A stretch of 64,000 bases of DNA, from positions 288,001 through 352,000 of the forward strand of contig CAWGMQ010000003.1 in the NCBI GenBank assembly GCA_963823665.1, given 5' to 3'. Under the pieces are notes generated by a model. It searched no databases. It was not told where the DNA came from and saw only the letters and a program-made list of their open reading frames with translations. The DNA comes from an uncultured Planctomycetota bacterium (GTDB lineage Bacteria; Planctomycetota; Planctomycetia; Isosphaerales; Isosphaeraceae). Numbering within the stretch: the stretch's first letter is position 1; each line of letters begins with the position of its first letter. A program made the position numbers and the translations under genes. Shown one piece after another: positions 39,778-51,693 of this stretch.

Positions 39778-42700
39778 TGACCCCCAACGAGCTCGAATGG
39801 CTCATTAACGGCGGCCGTATCGAGGAATGCATTGTCGCGTTCCTGGGCATGCCCGAAGCCGAGCGGACGAAGCTCGGGCGCGCGGCGGTGGCGCGGCTGC
39901 GGGCCCTCGGGAAGGGAATACCGCCGCGGCTCGCACAATTCATGGACGCCGACACCGTGGATCAGTTTCTGCCGATGATGTCGATCGACGCTCCTCGGGC
40001 GGCGCGCTACCGCGCGGCGCGTGCGGTCGTGCTCTCCACGGCCACATTCAGCCAGTGGAAAGGCGTGAAGGGGCACGGCCTGCCATCAAACGAAGTGGCG
40101 TTCCGGATCTTGAGCGATCGCCGCCCCGAATGGCTTCCCGAGCTCGTCGACCTCGTCTGCGATCTTGAAGAGGCGCTGAACGAGCGGTGGGGCCTCATCC
40201 GCCGGCTGGTGCGTGAAGGATACTGCCGCGCGCCCGAAAGCCCGCGCTACATCCACCGGATGATCGAGGGCATGCACAGAGAAGCTGCAAGCAAGCAGAC
40301 GCCGCTGGCGAGGGTTCTTCTCGATGACCCCGGATTGCTGGATCACGAGATCTGGCGGATCTTCGAAACCGAGCCGGGGCCGCGCACCGTCTATTTGCTC
40401 GCGGCGCGGACGGAGGGCTACCCGGCCGAGTTCACCTGGGAAGGCGCTCTTGCGCAGCTCGCCGGTGAGGGAAAGATCTCCCGCGACCGGCTTCTCGACG
40501 CCGCGCTCGATGGGCTTTCGCGTGACATGCACGACATCCGAGCACGATGGTTTGTGGCTCTCCACGATCGACTCGAGCCCACGCTCGACGAACGAGCCGC
40601 ACGCAGCGCACGTTATGTTGACTTCCTCGGCAGCCGGAACTCCTCGACCGTCGACTTTGCGCTCAAGGTGATCAAAGACATGCTGAAAGCGGGCCGGCTT
40701 GACCCCGGCGGCGTGGTCGATCACCTGCTCCCGGCGTTTCACGCACGCACCAAAGGGACGCTCAAGCAGGCGCTCTCGGTGCTCGACCTCGCCGTTCGCA
40801 ACGGCGGCGAGCCCGCGCTCAAGACCGGTGCGGTCCTGGTTGCCGCGGAGGGACTGGTGCACGAAGCGACTGACGTACAAGCGGCGATCCTAGACTTCAT
40901 TGAACGGCACGGCAATCCGGGTGAAGAGCCTCTCCACGACCTGCTCGCGGCTCGCCTGGACGCGATTGCCGGCTCGCTTCGCAGCCGGCTCGAGGCGTGG
41001 CTCGAGCTGGACAAAGTACTGACGCGAGAATCAACCGTTGAGGATCCGGAGGAGCTGTTCGCTCGCGCCAGAGCGATCGACGAGCGGCTGGCGCGCCTTG
41101 CCGGAATACCCGAGGCGGTGGCCGCCTTGGGCGGCGAGCGCTCGGATCTTCCTGCCCTGACCTTTGACGGCACCAAGATCCCGCGGCTTGATCCGAGTCG
41201 CCGGCTCGAGCCCATTGACGACCTCGACACTCTGATCGAGCTGTGTTCCCGCCTGGTCGAGAACCCGGCGCGAACCGAGGACGTCGATCGATGTGTTGAC
41301 GCGATCTCTCGCCTGTGCGACCGGCGCCCGATCGACTTCTACAAGCGGACCGCGCCGCTCGAGACCCGACTGCGACAGCGACTGGCCGAACAGCACAGCA
41401 TGTCGAACTATCCGCTGCGCTCGTTCGCTGTCGTGGTCCAAGGCTGGCTCACCGGCCAGGTGCCGGCACCGCCCCCGTTCGACCGGTCGTGGGCTTTAAA
41501 CGCGTTTATTTCGGCATTTGTTTTCGGGCTGGCGAGGCGAGTGGCTCGGGCGGAGGCGGCTCCCCTGCTCTCGGCCCCCACGCATTCCGGCGGCTGGATC
41601 GACCCGCGGGAGCTGGTTGCGCGGTATCGCGAGCGGTGCTCGTTGCCGATCGCCAGTGAGCCTGCCGACTTGATCCTGGCGTTGTTGCGGCTCGCACCGG
41701 TCAATCGGTCTGCGGCGCTGGCTGATGCGGCGGACCTCGAAGGCGAGCGAGGTGCCGCGATTCGCCACGCCTTGGGGGCCGAAGGTGAAAAGATCGGCCC
41801 CTCGGCCGGGCTCTGGGTGGCCGCCGCGCGGGCGCGATCACCGTGGGCCAACGACCTGGCGGTCGAGGACCGGCATCCGCGGCTGGGCCCCGACGCGGGG
41901 CGGGCGGCGGCCTATCGCATTGACAACAAGCAACTGATTCGTCGCGCCAATCACGATGCCTATCTCGGGATCGACCGTGAGCCGGCCGTGCCCCTCGGCA
42001 CGAGCTGGATGCCGGAGCTGCCGACCGTTTCATTCCATTGCGTCCGGTGGTTTTTCATCGCATCGTGGCCGAGCCCCGGATCGCTATGGCCGATTGCACT
42101 CGAGTCTTTTTTCGCAACCGGCGCGCACCAGTTGGTCGAAGCGAGCGAGGCTTCTACCGACTGGCAAGGAATGCGCGGGTTCTTGGTCCCGCTGCTTGAC
42201 CCGGATGCTCCCATGCGGCCGATGGCGCGGCTGGTCCTGGCGGTCGGACTGAGCGTGAAGCCAGCCGAGATTTCCGGGTTGGCGACCGATGTGCTTGTCG
42301 CCGCGATTGACGACGGCCGGCTCGACGGGGAAAACCTCGGCGAGTCGCTGGCCATTGCCTGGCAGTTCCGAATCCAGACGTCGACGCATCGATCGTTCAA
42401 CGAGACGATCCCGTTCGAGCCGCAGTCGGATCCGTTCGTGAAACCCCCGCGCTGGACCAAAGCACTCGGAGACGCCGCTCGCTCGTCGCCATTGCACGCG
42501 GGGGCGATCGCCCGGGCGCTTGAGCTCGCGCTGGCCGACGAGACTTTTCAGAACAGGACGACCGCGAGCGTGCTGCCTCTGCTCGAGTTGATGAGGGAGG
42601 CGTGCGTCCAATCTGGGCGGGGTGTTTCCGAGCCATTCCGAGCACATCTTGGCGGGCTTGGAAGCGGGGGCAAGACCGGCCGCGTAATCGCCGAGCTGCT

Positions 42701-42842
42701 GGCCCTGGTTGACAGAGCCGATGCTCTTGCCCGAAAGAAGGCCCGGGCGATGGCCCTTGCGAGCAGGATCGCGCGGGCGGAAAGATGGATGGCATGGGAG
42801 CGATGGCCTGGTCATTCGGTCAAAATGCCGGGGGAATCATGA
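39774..42842 (+). CDS. Large alpha-helical protein (DUF6493-like), partner of the SWIM gene
   Basis: Start overlaps the SWIM stop (ATGA); DRRPEWL, IWRIFE, LLSAPTHSGGWIDP, DLILALLRL. Confidence 0.75.
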   Translation: MMTPNELEWLINGGRIEECIVAFLGMPEAERTKLGRAAVARLRALGKGIPPRLAQFMDADTVDQFLPMMSIDAPRAARYRAARAVVLSTATFSQWKGVKGHGLPSNEVAFRILSDRRPEWLPELVDLVCDLEEALNERWGLIRRLVREGYCRAPESPRYIHRMIEGMHREAASKQTPLARVLLDDPGLLDHEIWRIFETEPGPRTVYLLAARTEGYPAEFTWEGALAQLAGEGKISRDRLLDAALDGLSRDMHDIRARWFVALHDRLEPTLDERAARSARYVDFLGSRNSSTVDFALKVIKDMLKAGRLDPGGVVDHLLPAFHARTKGTLKQALSVLDLAVRNGGEPALKTGAVLVAAEGLVHEATDVQAAILDFIERHGNPGEEPLHDLLAARLDAIAGSLRSRLEAWLELDKVLTRESTVEDPEELFARARAIDERLARLAGIPEAVAALGGERSDLPALTFDGTKIPRLDPSRRLEPIDDLDTLIELCSRLVENPARTEDVDRCVDAISRLCDRRPIDFYKRTAPLETRLRQRLAEQHSMSNYPLRSFAVVVQGWLTGQVPAPPPFDRSWALNAFISAFVFGLARRVARAEAAPLLSAPTHSGGWIDPRELVARYRERCSLPIASEPADLILALLRLAPVNRSAALADAADLEGERGAAIRHALGAEGEKIGPSAGLWVAAARARSPWANDLAVEDRHPRLGPDAGRAAAYRIDNKQLIRRANHDAYLGIDREPAVPLGTSWMPELPTVSFHCVRWFFIASWPSPGSLWPIALESFFATGAHQLVEASEASTDWQGMRGFLVPLLDPDAPMRPMARLVLAVGLSVKPAEISGLATDVLVAAIDDGRLDGENLGESLAIAWQFRIQTSTHRSFNETIPFEPQSDPFVKPPRWTKALGDAARSSPLHAGAIARALELALADETFQNRTTASVLPLLELMREACVQSGRGVSEPFRAHLGGLGSGGKTGRVIAELLALVDRADALARKKARAMALASRIARAERWMAWERWPGHSVKMPGES

Positions 42843-45156
42843 TAGCGATCTTGTTCTGGATTGGTACCGCCCAGATCGCGGCCGGCGCGCCGCCCGAGTC
42901 ACACTGGTGGGACGCCCAGGTCGAGGCGTCGCTTAACCGCGCGCGGCGCGAAAGCAGGAATGGATCCGGACGCTTGAGTCATGCCGTCCCGAGCACCGTG
43001 ACGGCCTGGCCTACCTCATGAGGTACTTACCGAGCCGCGACCTCGAGAAGATGCCCACCGATACGATCGCCGCCAACGTCGCGCTGGCCTACCGGGTGCA
43101 TGCCGAAGTTCCCTGGGGCGGCCGACTGCCCGAAGACGTGTTCCTGGATGCAGTGCTGCCGCACGCGAGTGTTACCGAGCCCCGGCAATCGATGCGCGCC
43201 GAATTCCACGACCGATACCTGCCGTTGGTCAAGGACTGCAAGACGCCGGGAGAGGCCGCGATGCGACTGAACAAGACGCTCTTCCGCGACTACAAGGTCG
43301 GCTATAACACCCGTCGGCTCCGCACCGACCAGAGCTCGAAAGAGTCGATCGCGCAAGGGATGGCGACATGCACTGGCCTTTCGATCATGCTTGTCGAAGC
43401 GTGTCGCGCTGTTGGCGTGCCGGCGCGAGTGGCCGGGATCGCGGCGTGGCCGGGCCGGGGAGGCAATCACACCTGGGTCGAGGTGTGGGACGATGGCTGG
43501 CACTTCGTCGGCGCTGCCGAACCGGATGACAAGGGCCTCGACCACGCCTGGTTTGCCGATGAATCCGCCAAGGCGATCAAGGGGTCGAGTCGCAGCGCGA
43601 TCTACGCGGTCACCTACCGGGCCACCGGTGCGTTTTTCCCGATGGTCTGGAATGAATCGGGCCGCGTGCCCGGCGAGGACGTGACGGACCGCTACGCGCG
43701 AGGAGGAACTCCCGCTCCGACCGTCCCCAAGCTCATGGTCGAGGTTCGCCGGGGCGGAGAGCGTGTCGAGGCCGAGGTCACGTTGCTTGAGCGTGCGACG
43801 GGCGCCAGCCGCGTGCTCGGATCGAGTTTCGGGCCCGAGGTCGACGTGAATCGACATTTGACGTGCGCGGCACCGCCCGTCGGGGACGTCCTGGTCGTCG
43901 CAAGACATGGAGACTCCGCCTCCGTTCGCGCCGCGAACGTCGCGGCGGACACGGTCGTCCGCATCGACGTCGACAGCCCTGCCCCGGAGGAGACGCGGGC
44001 GGAATTGTCACGGATCTTCGCTGACCGCTTCGGGACTGATCTGGTGAAGCAAGCGACGGCCCGGAAGCTGTTGTGTGAGCTGCCCTGGGATGAGTCGATG
44101 CGAGAGATCGCCTGGGCGGCCTACAAGGCATCGCCAGCCCACGAGCCGCTTCGCAAAGAGTATGAGGCGAAGACGGTCGCGACCAAGGACCGGAAAAGCC
44201 CGTACTTGTGGCGGCACATCGGCAGCAAACCGCCCGAGGGCTGGGCGCTGGTCATCGCGATGCACGGCGGGGGTGGTACGCCGAAGGAAGTCAACGACCG
44301 GCAGTGGCGGAGTATGTTCGAGCGATATTACAAGCCGCACGCCGAGGCGGGTGGCTACATTTACCTGGCCCTTCGCGCACCCAACGACGAGTGGAACGGC
44401 TTTTATGATGACGCGATCAGCCCGCTGGTCGAGCGTCTGATCCGACAGTTTGTGCTGTTTGGAGACGTGAATCCGGACCGAGTGTATATTCTCGGGGCAT
44501 CGCACGGCGGTTACGGTGCGTTCGTGATCGGCCCAAAGATCGCTGATCGATTCGCCGCAGTCCATGCCTCCGCGGCGGCCGCGACGCCCGGCGCGACACG
44601 AGGCGAAAACCTCCGCAACGTTCGGTTCACCGTCATGGTCGGCGAGCGAGATACGGCCCACGGGCGTGCCGATCGCTGCCGGGATTTCGTGAAGGAGCTT
44701 GCCGGCTGGAAAGCCCGGTACGGCGGTTACCCGGGTGAGGTTGTGCTGCTCAAGGATGTTGGCCATTCGGTCCCGGATCGCGACAATGTGGGCGAGATGC
44801 TCAAGTCGGGGTCGCGGTCCGCTCACCCAGACCGGATCGTCTGGGCCCAGTCGGACGAAGTTCTCAAGCACTTCTACTGGATCGAAGCCCCGCGACCGGA
44901 TCCATCGGGACGAATCGAGGCGTCGGTGCGCGAGAACACGATTGTGCTCAAGACCGAGCATCAGGATGAGGTCGCTCTCTGGCTCGACGCTCCGCTCGTG
45001 AACCTTGCGCGCCCGGTGGTTGTGGAAATCGAGGGCGGCCGTCGAGAGGTGATCAAGGTCCGATCCAACCCGGAGATGTTCTGCGTGGGCCTGGAGGAGC
45101 GAGGCGATCCGAGCCTAGCGGCGCCCGCGCGGATCTCGATCCCGCTACGGCGGTGA
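42839..45156 (+). CDS. Transglutaminase-like domain fused to an alpha/beta-hydrolase (frameshift near 42950)
   Basis: ATCTGLS, GNHTWVEVWD (Cys-His-acid triad); MHGGG, GASHGG, GERD, GHS. Confidence 0.85.
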
Positions 45157-45189
45157 ACCGATTCTGGGCTACCGTCCCGTCTCGGCGGA

Positions 45190-45825
45190 GTGATGCTCCG
45201 CGAATACCGACTTGCGTTATTCGGAATCGAGGCGCCCGGCGGCTTTCAAACGTGGGATGCCGCGAGGGGCAAAGCGGAACGCCACCATTGGATTCCAATT
45301 GGAATGAGCGTGAACGTCGACGCCTACGGAGATTTGGCTCCCAAACCGGCAGCGAGCCGGCTCTACGTACCGTACGAGCGTTCCGTGCCTGTCCGAGCGG
45401 CGGTGACTCGAGCGGTGCTACTGCACGCGGGACAGCTCTGGAAGGCTCATGTCGACTCTGCCGATTGGACGATTTGGTATCAGTCCTTCCTGCGTAGTTG
45501 GGATGGCAAGAAATTCGCCCTGCTCAGAGAGGATCCGGACATCCGGCGCAATCTCACTGAGCTCCTCGCCGCGAAACCACGGATTTTGGACCCCGACTTC
45601 TACGTTTCGGTTGCACGGTTCCACTCTTATTTCGGCGAAATCGTCCTGACCGAGGGCCTCGATGGAGCGAAACCCGATGTCGACATTCGGCAACCGCTCT
45701 CCCCAGGCCACATCAACGCCGCCGCCGCGAAGGCTGGGATTGACGCGGGCAAGATTGACGCTGCGGTGGAGTCGTTGTTTGAGTTCCTGGGTTGGGACAT
45801 CACGAAGGGCCAACCGCTCGAATAG
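45190..45825 (+). CDS. Hypothetical protein (possibly a C-terminal fragment)
   Basis: 211-aa ORF with protein-like composition; no family recognised. Confidence 0.5.
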   Translation: MMLREYRLALFGIEAPGGFQTWDAARGKAERHHWIPIGMSVNVDAYGDLAPKPAASRLYVPYERSVPVRAAVTRAVLLHAGQLWKAHVDSADWTIWYQSFLRSWDGKKFALLREDPDIRRNLTELLAAKPRILDPDFYVSVARFHSYFGEIVLTEGLDGAKPDVDIRQPLSPGHINAAAAKAGIDAGKIDAAVESLFEFLGWDITKGQPLE

Positions 45826-45911
45826 GCTGAGACCGGGCCCGGAATGCGTGCTGAGACCAGTCTGGTCACGGTCGGCACGCCAGATGGTGAGGGATGGGTC
45901 GTGGACACGGT

Positions 45912-46110
45912 CGGCGTCGATGAGACCGTTCGGGCGCATGTCGGTCCGGTTAGCCTCGATCCAGTCCGAGCATGCCTGCAGTCGGCCGTCCGGACCGACC
46001 GCTTTCCAGCCGGCCGGGATCTCCTTGAAGGCTGGCCACAGCGAGTACTGGCCTTCGTCGTTCACCAGCACGGGGAAGTTACCATCCTGATCTTCAAGCT
46101 GCCTCGCCAC
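45912..46110 (-). pseudogene. mbtH: MbtH-like protein remnant
   Basis: VLVNDEGQYSLWPAFKEIPAGW...WIEANRTDMRP; third Trp replaced by Arg and no stop codon at the expected position. Confidence 0.8.
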
Positions 46111-46223
46111 TTGAGTTTTTCGCAACTTGGTGCTCAATTGGTCCCAGGGGAGAGAAAGCTGGTAGATGCACGCACCAGGCTTCAAGAATCCCCCTTCGGC
46201 TCGCAGTTGGTGGAGACTCTCGG

Positions 46224-47714
46224 ATGTGCCTCGAGGTGGCCGGGCCGCGTGCTCTGCGCTGTATCGTCCCCCACGCGCTGCGAGGGGTACTGGTCGGCCT
46301 GATCCCCGCTCAGCTCGTGCAGGCGCTGAAGCTCCCCGGCAACTTGTCGTTCGAAAGTCTCGATCCAGTCTGGGTCGATGTGCCGCGCGGCAGCCCGGAT
46401 CGACACCTTCTGGATCAATTGACAGCACTCGTGAATCCCGCAATCAGATCGCCCAGATTCGACCTGACGGGCCTCGCCTTTCCTGACGGAGTACTTCCAA
46501 GTGTGGACTTGAAGCGCCTTCCTTTATTGACGCGAACACGGAATTGCCTGACGGGGGCATCGCTCTTCTCGACCGAAGAGCTCCGCGGCAAGTCGCTTGG
46601 GCGATTGCTGGAGATTCCCTGGTTTGGCGCCAAGTGTCTAGTCGACCTCCTGACGGCGGTTGAGGGAGCAAAGTGGGCGGCGGATTCTGAGGGCGGTCGC
46701 ATCAAGGGTGTGGCTGCGGGCCCGCCGATTGAGCTGGAATCGCAACGTTGCGAAATCACGCTTAAGCGCGGTCCGAGAGCAATCGGCGGGTATGGCCGGC
46801 GGTGCCTCGTGCCCGGTGCACTGGAATCCGTATTCAAAGGGACCGTGCCAGCTCCGCTTGCGCAGGCCCTGAAGCTGGCTCCGGGCACTTCGTTCGAGTC
46901 TGTTGCGCGCGGGCGAGTTCAAGTCGGCGAGCGGCACGCCGATCGTCAACTATTGACCTGGCTGGCAGAGCTCTTGAGCCCCGCGATAACCACGGGATGG
47001 CTCGATCTCTCGGCGCCAGCCTTTCCCGAGGGGGTCGCCTCCACGATCGATCTGGCTCGCCTTCCCATCCGCACTCGGACGTGGAATTGCCTGATGCGAG
47101 CAAGGCTGGTCTCCGGAGATGCCCTGGAGCGCCGATCGCTTCGGGAGCTGCTCGCAATCCCCGGCTTCGGTGTGCAGTGTATGGTGGATCTGCTCACTGC
47201 CGTCGAAGGAGCCCAACGGGCGACCGAGACCGAAGGAGCGTGCCCGCAAACGACCGAGCTGTATGAGCTAGCGGCTCTCACGCTCGCGCCGCGACTGACT
47301 CACGAGGCGCGGCTGCTTGCCGACGAGCCCTGGTCGAGGGATGTCGGCAACTACGACGCGCGACTGGCACCCCATTTTCTAACGAGCGTCGATCCGCTCG
47401 GGGAAGTGCAGGATGCGTTAGCCGCGGGCCGGCTTTCCCTTGAACATCCCCTGTTTACCGAGTCACCGGGGTACGAAATCGATCTGCGAAGGTGCCCACT
47501 CTCGCACAACACGATGCGCGGGCTGCGCGAAGCGGGGCTAACCAAGCTGTCGGCACTCGCGTGCTTAACGCCGCGCGAGTTGCTGGCAAGAAACCGCTTG
47601 GGAGAACGATCCGTGTCGGAGGTGCTGGTACTGCTCGACATCTTCAGAATGCGCTCGCGCGAGACAAATTCCATCCCTACGGCCTTGTTACGGCCGCCCA
47701 TGCGATTGGTCTGA
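46224..47714 (+). CDS. Protein with three RNA polymerase alpha-CTD-like (HhH) domains and an internal duplication
   Basis: LPLLTRTRNCL...LLEIPWFGAKCLVDL; LPIRTRTWNCL...LLAIPGFGVQCMVDL; CPLSHNTMRGL...LLARNRLGERSVSEV. Confidence 0.8.
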   Translation: MCLEVAGPRALRCIVPHALRGVLVGLIPAQLVQALKLPGNLSFESLDPVWVDVPRGSPDRHLLDQLTALVNPAIRSPRFDLTGLAFPDGVLPSVDLKRLPLLTRTRNCLTGASLFSTEELRGKSLGRLLEIPWFGAKCLVDLLTAVEGAKWAADSEGGRIKGVAAGPPIELESQRCEITLKRGPRAIGGYGRRCLVPGALESVFKGTVPAPLAQALKLAPGTSFESVARGRVQVGERHADRQLLTWLAELLSPAITTGWLDLSAPAFPEGVASTIDLARLPIRTRTWNCLMRARLVSGDALERRSLRELLAIPGFGVQCMVDLLTAVEGAQRATETEGACPQTTELYELAALTLAPRLTHEARLLADEPWSRDVGNYDARLAPHFLTSVDPLGEVQDALAAGRLSLEHPLFTESPGYEIDLRRCPLSHNTMRGLREAGLTKLSALACLTPRELLARNRLGERSVSEVLVLLDIFRMRSRETNSIPTALLRPPMRLV

Positions 47715-48047
47715 CACACTCTGTCGCAGTTGAGCGAGTGGGGGGCACCGAATGGCTCATCACGACGCCGAATGTGGGTGTGCCCTAGCAGACTCTGCGC
47801 GAAGCTTGAGACATTGAGTTTCCGACCTTGATGGAGGGCATACTACCCAAGAACCGGATTCCATGAAACGACTGCCTGCCCGCGCTTGCGTCTTGGCTCG
47901 CTACGCCATCCGACGCCGGCATTATCATCCGCAATCGGACCGCGCCGGGGCTCACGTCGACGAGTGTTCTTGGTGAAAACTCTGTTTCGCTTCGCCGCCC
48001 TTGCGGTAGGCTAGAGAGAAAGGGCGAGAAAACGAGAGGAATTGATT

Positions 48048-48110
48048 GTATCCTCACCATTTCCTGGGATGGACCCTTACCTGGAGGACAACACCGGACT
48101 GGTCCACTGA
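48048..48110 (+). pseudogene. N-terminal stub of a DUF4058-family gene
   Basis: Translates as (V)SSPFPGMDPYLEDNTGLVH* downstream of a GAGAGGA RBS. Confidence 0.6.
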
Positions 48111-48465
48111 TTCTGGGCCTGACCGGCGACGGTCGCGCGCCAAACAGTCAGGTTTGACTTACCCTGCGACGTGCTCTGCTGGTTCGAAATCGGCGGTCCC
48201 AGAACCACGATTTCCAGATGCGTCGCCATCTGTCCGAAGCCCTACGCCGGCTCTCTTAAAGTCAATTGCACATGGTATCAAAGCGGCCCACACATGGCCA
48301 GCCTCGCGTGGGGCTCAGGCAGCGCCAGGTCTTTGATGGTGTGCACAACATCCGATTTGAGACTGGCTGGTGTGCACGCTTTCCCCACATGAAACTCGAA
48401 CGGCGGCCCGCTGAGACGAAACCTGCCAACTTCTGGGTCCGTAATGACGAAGCGATTATTCGCGG

Positions 48466-50284
48466 CTACTTTTCACCCCGTATCTGCTCCGATGTCGCCG
48501 CCGGCACGGGCTCGGGCAAGCCGATGTTCGCGAGACCGACTGATTCCGGCGCCGCGCCGGCGTGGATGCGGTTGTAGGCCTGGCCGAAGACTTCCTTCAT
48601 GGCGACGCGATGGCTCGAGTCGTAGCGCAGGGGGTAGGAGAGGTCGTAGAACATGATGCCCCAGAGGCAGATATACTCCCATGCGGCTGAGTTGATCTTG
48701 AATTTCTGGCAGCACTCGGTGGGGTCGATGACGGGGGCGGGGCGATCGGGCGGCCAGCCGAGAGCCTTGCGCGCGTGCAGCTCATGCAAGACGGCCTGGG
48801 AGAGCGCGATCTGGCCGCGGAGCGACGGGTGCATCGCGTCGTGAAAGAAATGCTCGTCGAGAAGCCCGTGCTGGGCGACCGCGTGGAAATAACTCTGGCC
48901 GTCGATCAGGATGCAGGCATGCCGATCGGCCACGTCGTGATAGACTTTCTGGAAGTCTGTCGGGAAGCGCATCGGATAGCCATCGCAATCGCGGGCCGTG
49001 TGATAATGGTCGTAGGCCTCGTCCCATGAGCCGGCGAGCTCGAGGAGCTGGGCCAGGCGGTAGTGGACCTCGGCGAAGCCGCTGTGGCGGGCGATCAAGG
49101 CGCGATAGGCCGCCTGGGCTGCCGCGGGATCGGCGGTCTCGCTGCGCCGCGCGGCCAGAAAATCGTGGGCGAATGCATCGCGCTCGTGACGCGGCGTGGC
49201 CGGGGGAAGGAACGATCGATTCGGCTCGTAGCCGGTGTCGTTGCCGGGCGGCGAGATCAAGACCGGGAGCGCGCCGATCCGCTCGGCGTAGGCGACGATG
49301 GCCTCCAGACGAACGCGGAAGTCGGCCAGGATGGCCGCGTATTCGGCCGTCGTGTAGGCGGGAACGTCGACCAGGGCGCGATGGCCGTCCGGTGGCGGCG
49401 GAATCGCCACGCGGCACTTCTCTGCTGTCTGGCGGATCAGACCGCAGACACCGGAATTTGCCTCGATTTTTTCGAGCAGCGCAGACCAAGCCGTCGGTGC
49501 CTGGTCGTCGAAGTAGAATGGCGTGTCGCGCCCGGAATCCACTCGTCCGGAAAACTCGTTATGGCCGCAGTAGATGAGGAGGATATCGGGCTTGCGGACG
49601 AGCCGGGACAACTGCGTTTGCTGCATCTCGAGAGTATGCCCGGAGAACGCGAGGATCTGGAGACGCACGCCTCGATCCGGAAAGATCGATTCGAGCTGCC
49701 AGACCAGAATGTTGCCGATCGACGTCCAGCGGTTGTACGGCACGCCTTCCGCGCTCGACTCGCCCACGATCGCGATGTCGATCGTGCGGTCGTCGGGGGC
49801 TTCCGGGAAGATATCGGGTGCGTTCACTTTCGCAGCGGATTCTGGACTCGAGCCAGGTGCTTTCGAGCGCGACGCAGCGGGGCGCAGGCCTCCGGCGGGG
49901 ACCGCGGAGGCGCGATGGGCGCGGCGGAGCCAGAGCGTGCTCGTCGCCTCAGCCAGGAGCAAGCCCAGCACGAGCGAGCCGCACAGGAGCAGTCCGCGGG
50001 CGAGCTTCCGCCGTGTGGCTGCCTTGCCACGACGTTTGAGCAGCAATGCGGCCGTCAGGACCGCGCCGAGAGAAGACGCCACCACGGCGATGCCGTAGGC
50101 GATCTCGAGGGCGATCAAGAAGACCAGGCCGGCTTGCCAGTAGAACCAGGCGGGAACCCGGCCATGAAGCCAGAACCCACCGAAAACAACAGACAGAGCG
50201 GTCGCTACGGCAATGGCGAGCAGAATGCGCGAGCCGCTTGCCGGTGAGACGGCGATGGGTCTTGGTCTTGCTCGAAACGGACAT
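48466..50284 (-). CDS. Membrane-anchored SGNH/GDSL-like protein with TPR (frameshift near 50230)
   Basis: VGESSAEG, IYCGHNEF, AEVHYRLAQ, FHDAMHP. Confidence 0.82.
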
Positions 50285-51635
50285 TCAGGAGATCAACTCG
50301 GGCAGCGGACCCGCTTCGACCAGGTATTGCGGCCGGCCGGTCGGGTCGGTGACGGTGGTCTTGGCCACGTCGATGCCGAGGTTGTGATATAAGGTCGCGA
50401 CGATCTCTTGAATCGGCACCGGACGGTCCTTGGCATATTCGCCGAGCCGGTTGGTGGCGCCAATGGCCTGCCCCGCGCGAATTCCGCCGCCGGCCAAAAA
50501 GGCGCAGCTCACCGGCGGCCAGTGGTCGCGGCCCGCACCGCCATTGATGCGTGGCGTGCGGCCGAATTCGCCCCAGGCGATCACCGTCACGTCGTCGAGC
50601 ATGCCCCGGACGTCCAGGTCTTCAATCAGGGCACTCAAGCACTGGTCGAGCTTGGCGCCGTGATCGCGCACCAGCCCGAAGTTGTCGCCGTGGGAATCCC
50701 ATCGGCCGTAGGAAAGGGTGACGCAGCGGACGCCCGCCTCGACCAGCCGGCGCGATCAAGAGATGCTCGTTGACCGTCGGGGCGCCGTCGTACTGAAACT
50801 TGTAGGGTTGGCCATTTCCGTAGCGGTCGCGAAGGCGGGGATCTTCGCGGCTCAAGTCGAGGGCATCGACGAGCTTGCTCGAGGTCAGAACGTCGAACGC
50901 AAGCTCGGTGGCCGAGTCGACGCCGGTGAGAGCGCCGGTGGCGTCGCGATCACGCTTGAGCCCATCAAAGCTCGCCAGCAGCCTGCGCCGATCCTCGAGC
51001 TGACCGGTCGGGATCTTCAGCTTCATGTTGGTCATCGCCGGCCCGTCGGGCTGAAACGGCGCGTATGCCGGCCCGAGGAACCCGAACGATCCCGGGTCAG
51101 ACCATGGGACGTGCTGAGTTCGCGCAGCCAGCCCCACGAACGGCGGGATGGCCGGGTCTACGGCACCCCGGAGCTTCGACACCATCGCGCCCAAGCTTGG
51201 CCGGCCGCCGATCGAGGTCAAGCTGTCCGGCAGCCAGCCCGTGTTGCACTGAAATGCCTCGTGGCGATCGGTCGCACCGACGACCGAACGAATGACGACG
51301 GCTTTGTTCATCAGGCCGGCGAGCTGCGGAAAGACTTCGCAGATATCGATGCCGGGCACCTTGGTGGCGATCGGCTTGAACTCACCCCGGATCTCGGCCG
51401 GGGCGTCGGTCTTGATCTCCCACATGTCCTGGTGGGGCGGGCCACCGCCCAGGAAGATGTTGATCACCGCCTTGTGCGAGGACCGTGTGCCGGCGCGTGC
51501 CTCAGCCCGAAATAAATCGGCCAGCGACAGCGACATCAGGCCGCCCATCGAAAGGCCGCCGATCCGAATGAAGTCGCGCCGGGAGAGCCCGTCGCAAAAC
51601 AAGGAAGTCGCTTTGGCCCCGAAAATCGTCAGCAT
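50285..51635 (-). CDS. DUF1501 domain protein (frameshift near 50755)
   Basis: [38 protein letters not shown]. Confidence 0.93.
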
Positions 51636-51693
51636 CCAACATCCTCGCGCAAAATCCCTACCTTGCACATTTTTCGACTCGGTGTATTGCAAT

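Noticed and set aside
45418..46443. 341-aa ORF as a real MbtH fusion protein
   Set aside because: Only ~65 aa are MbtH-like; the rest overlaps the plus-strand genes in antisense and looks like non-coding translation.
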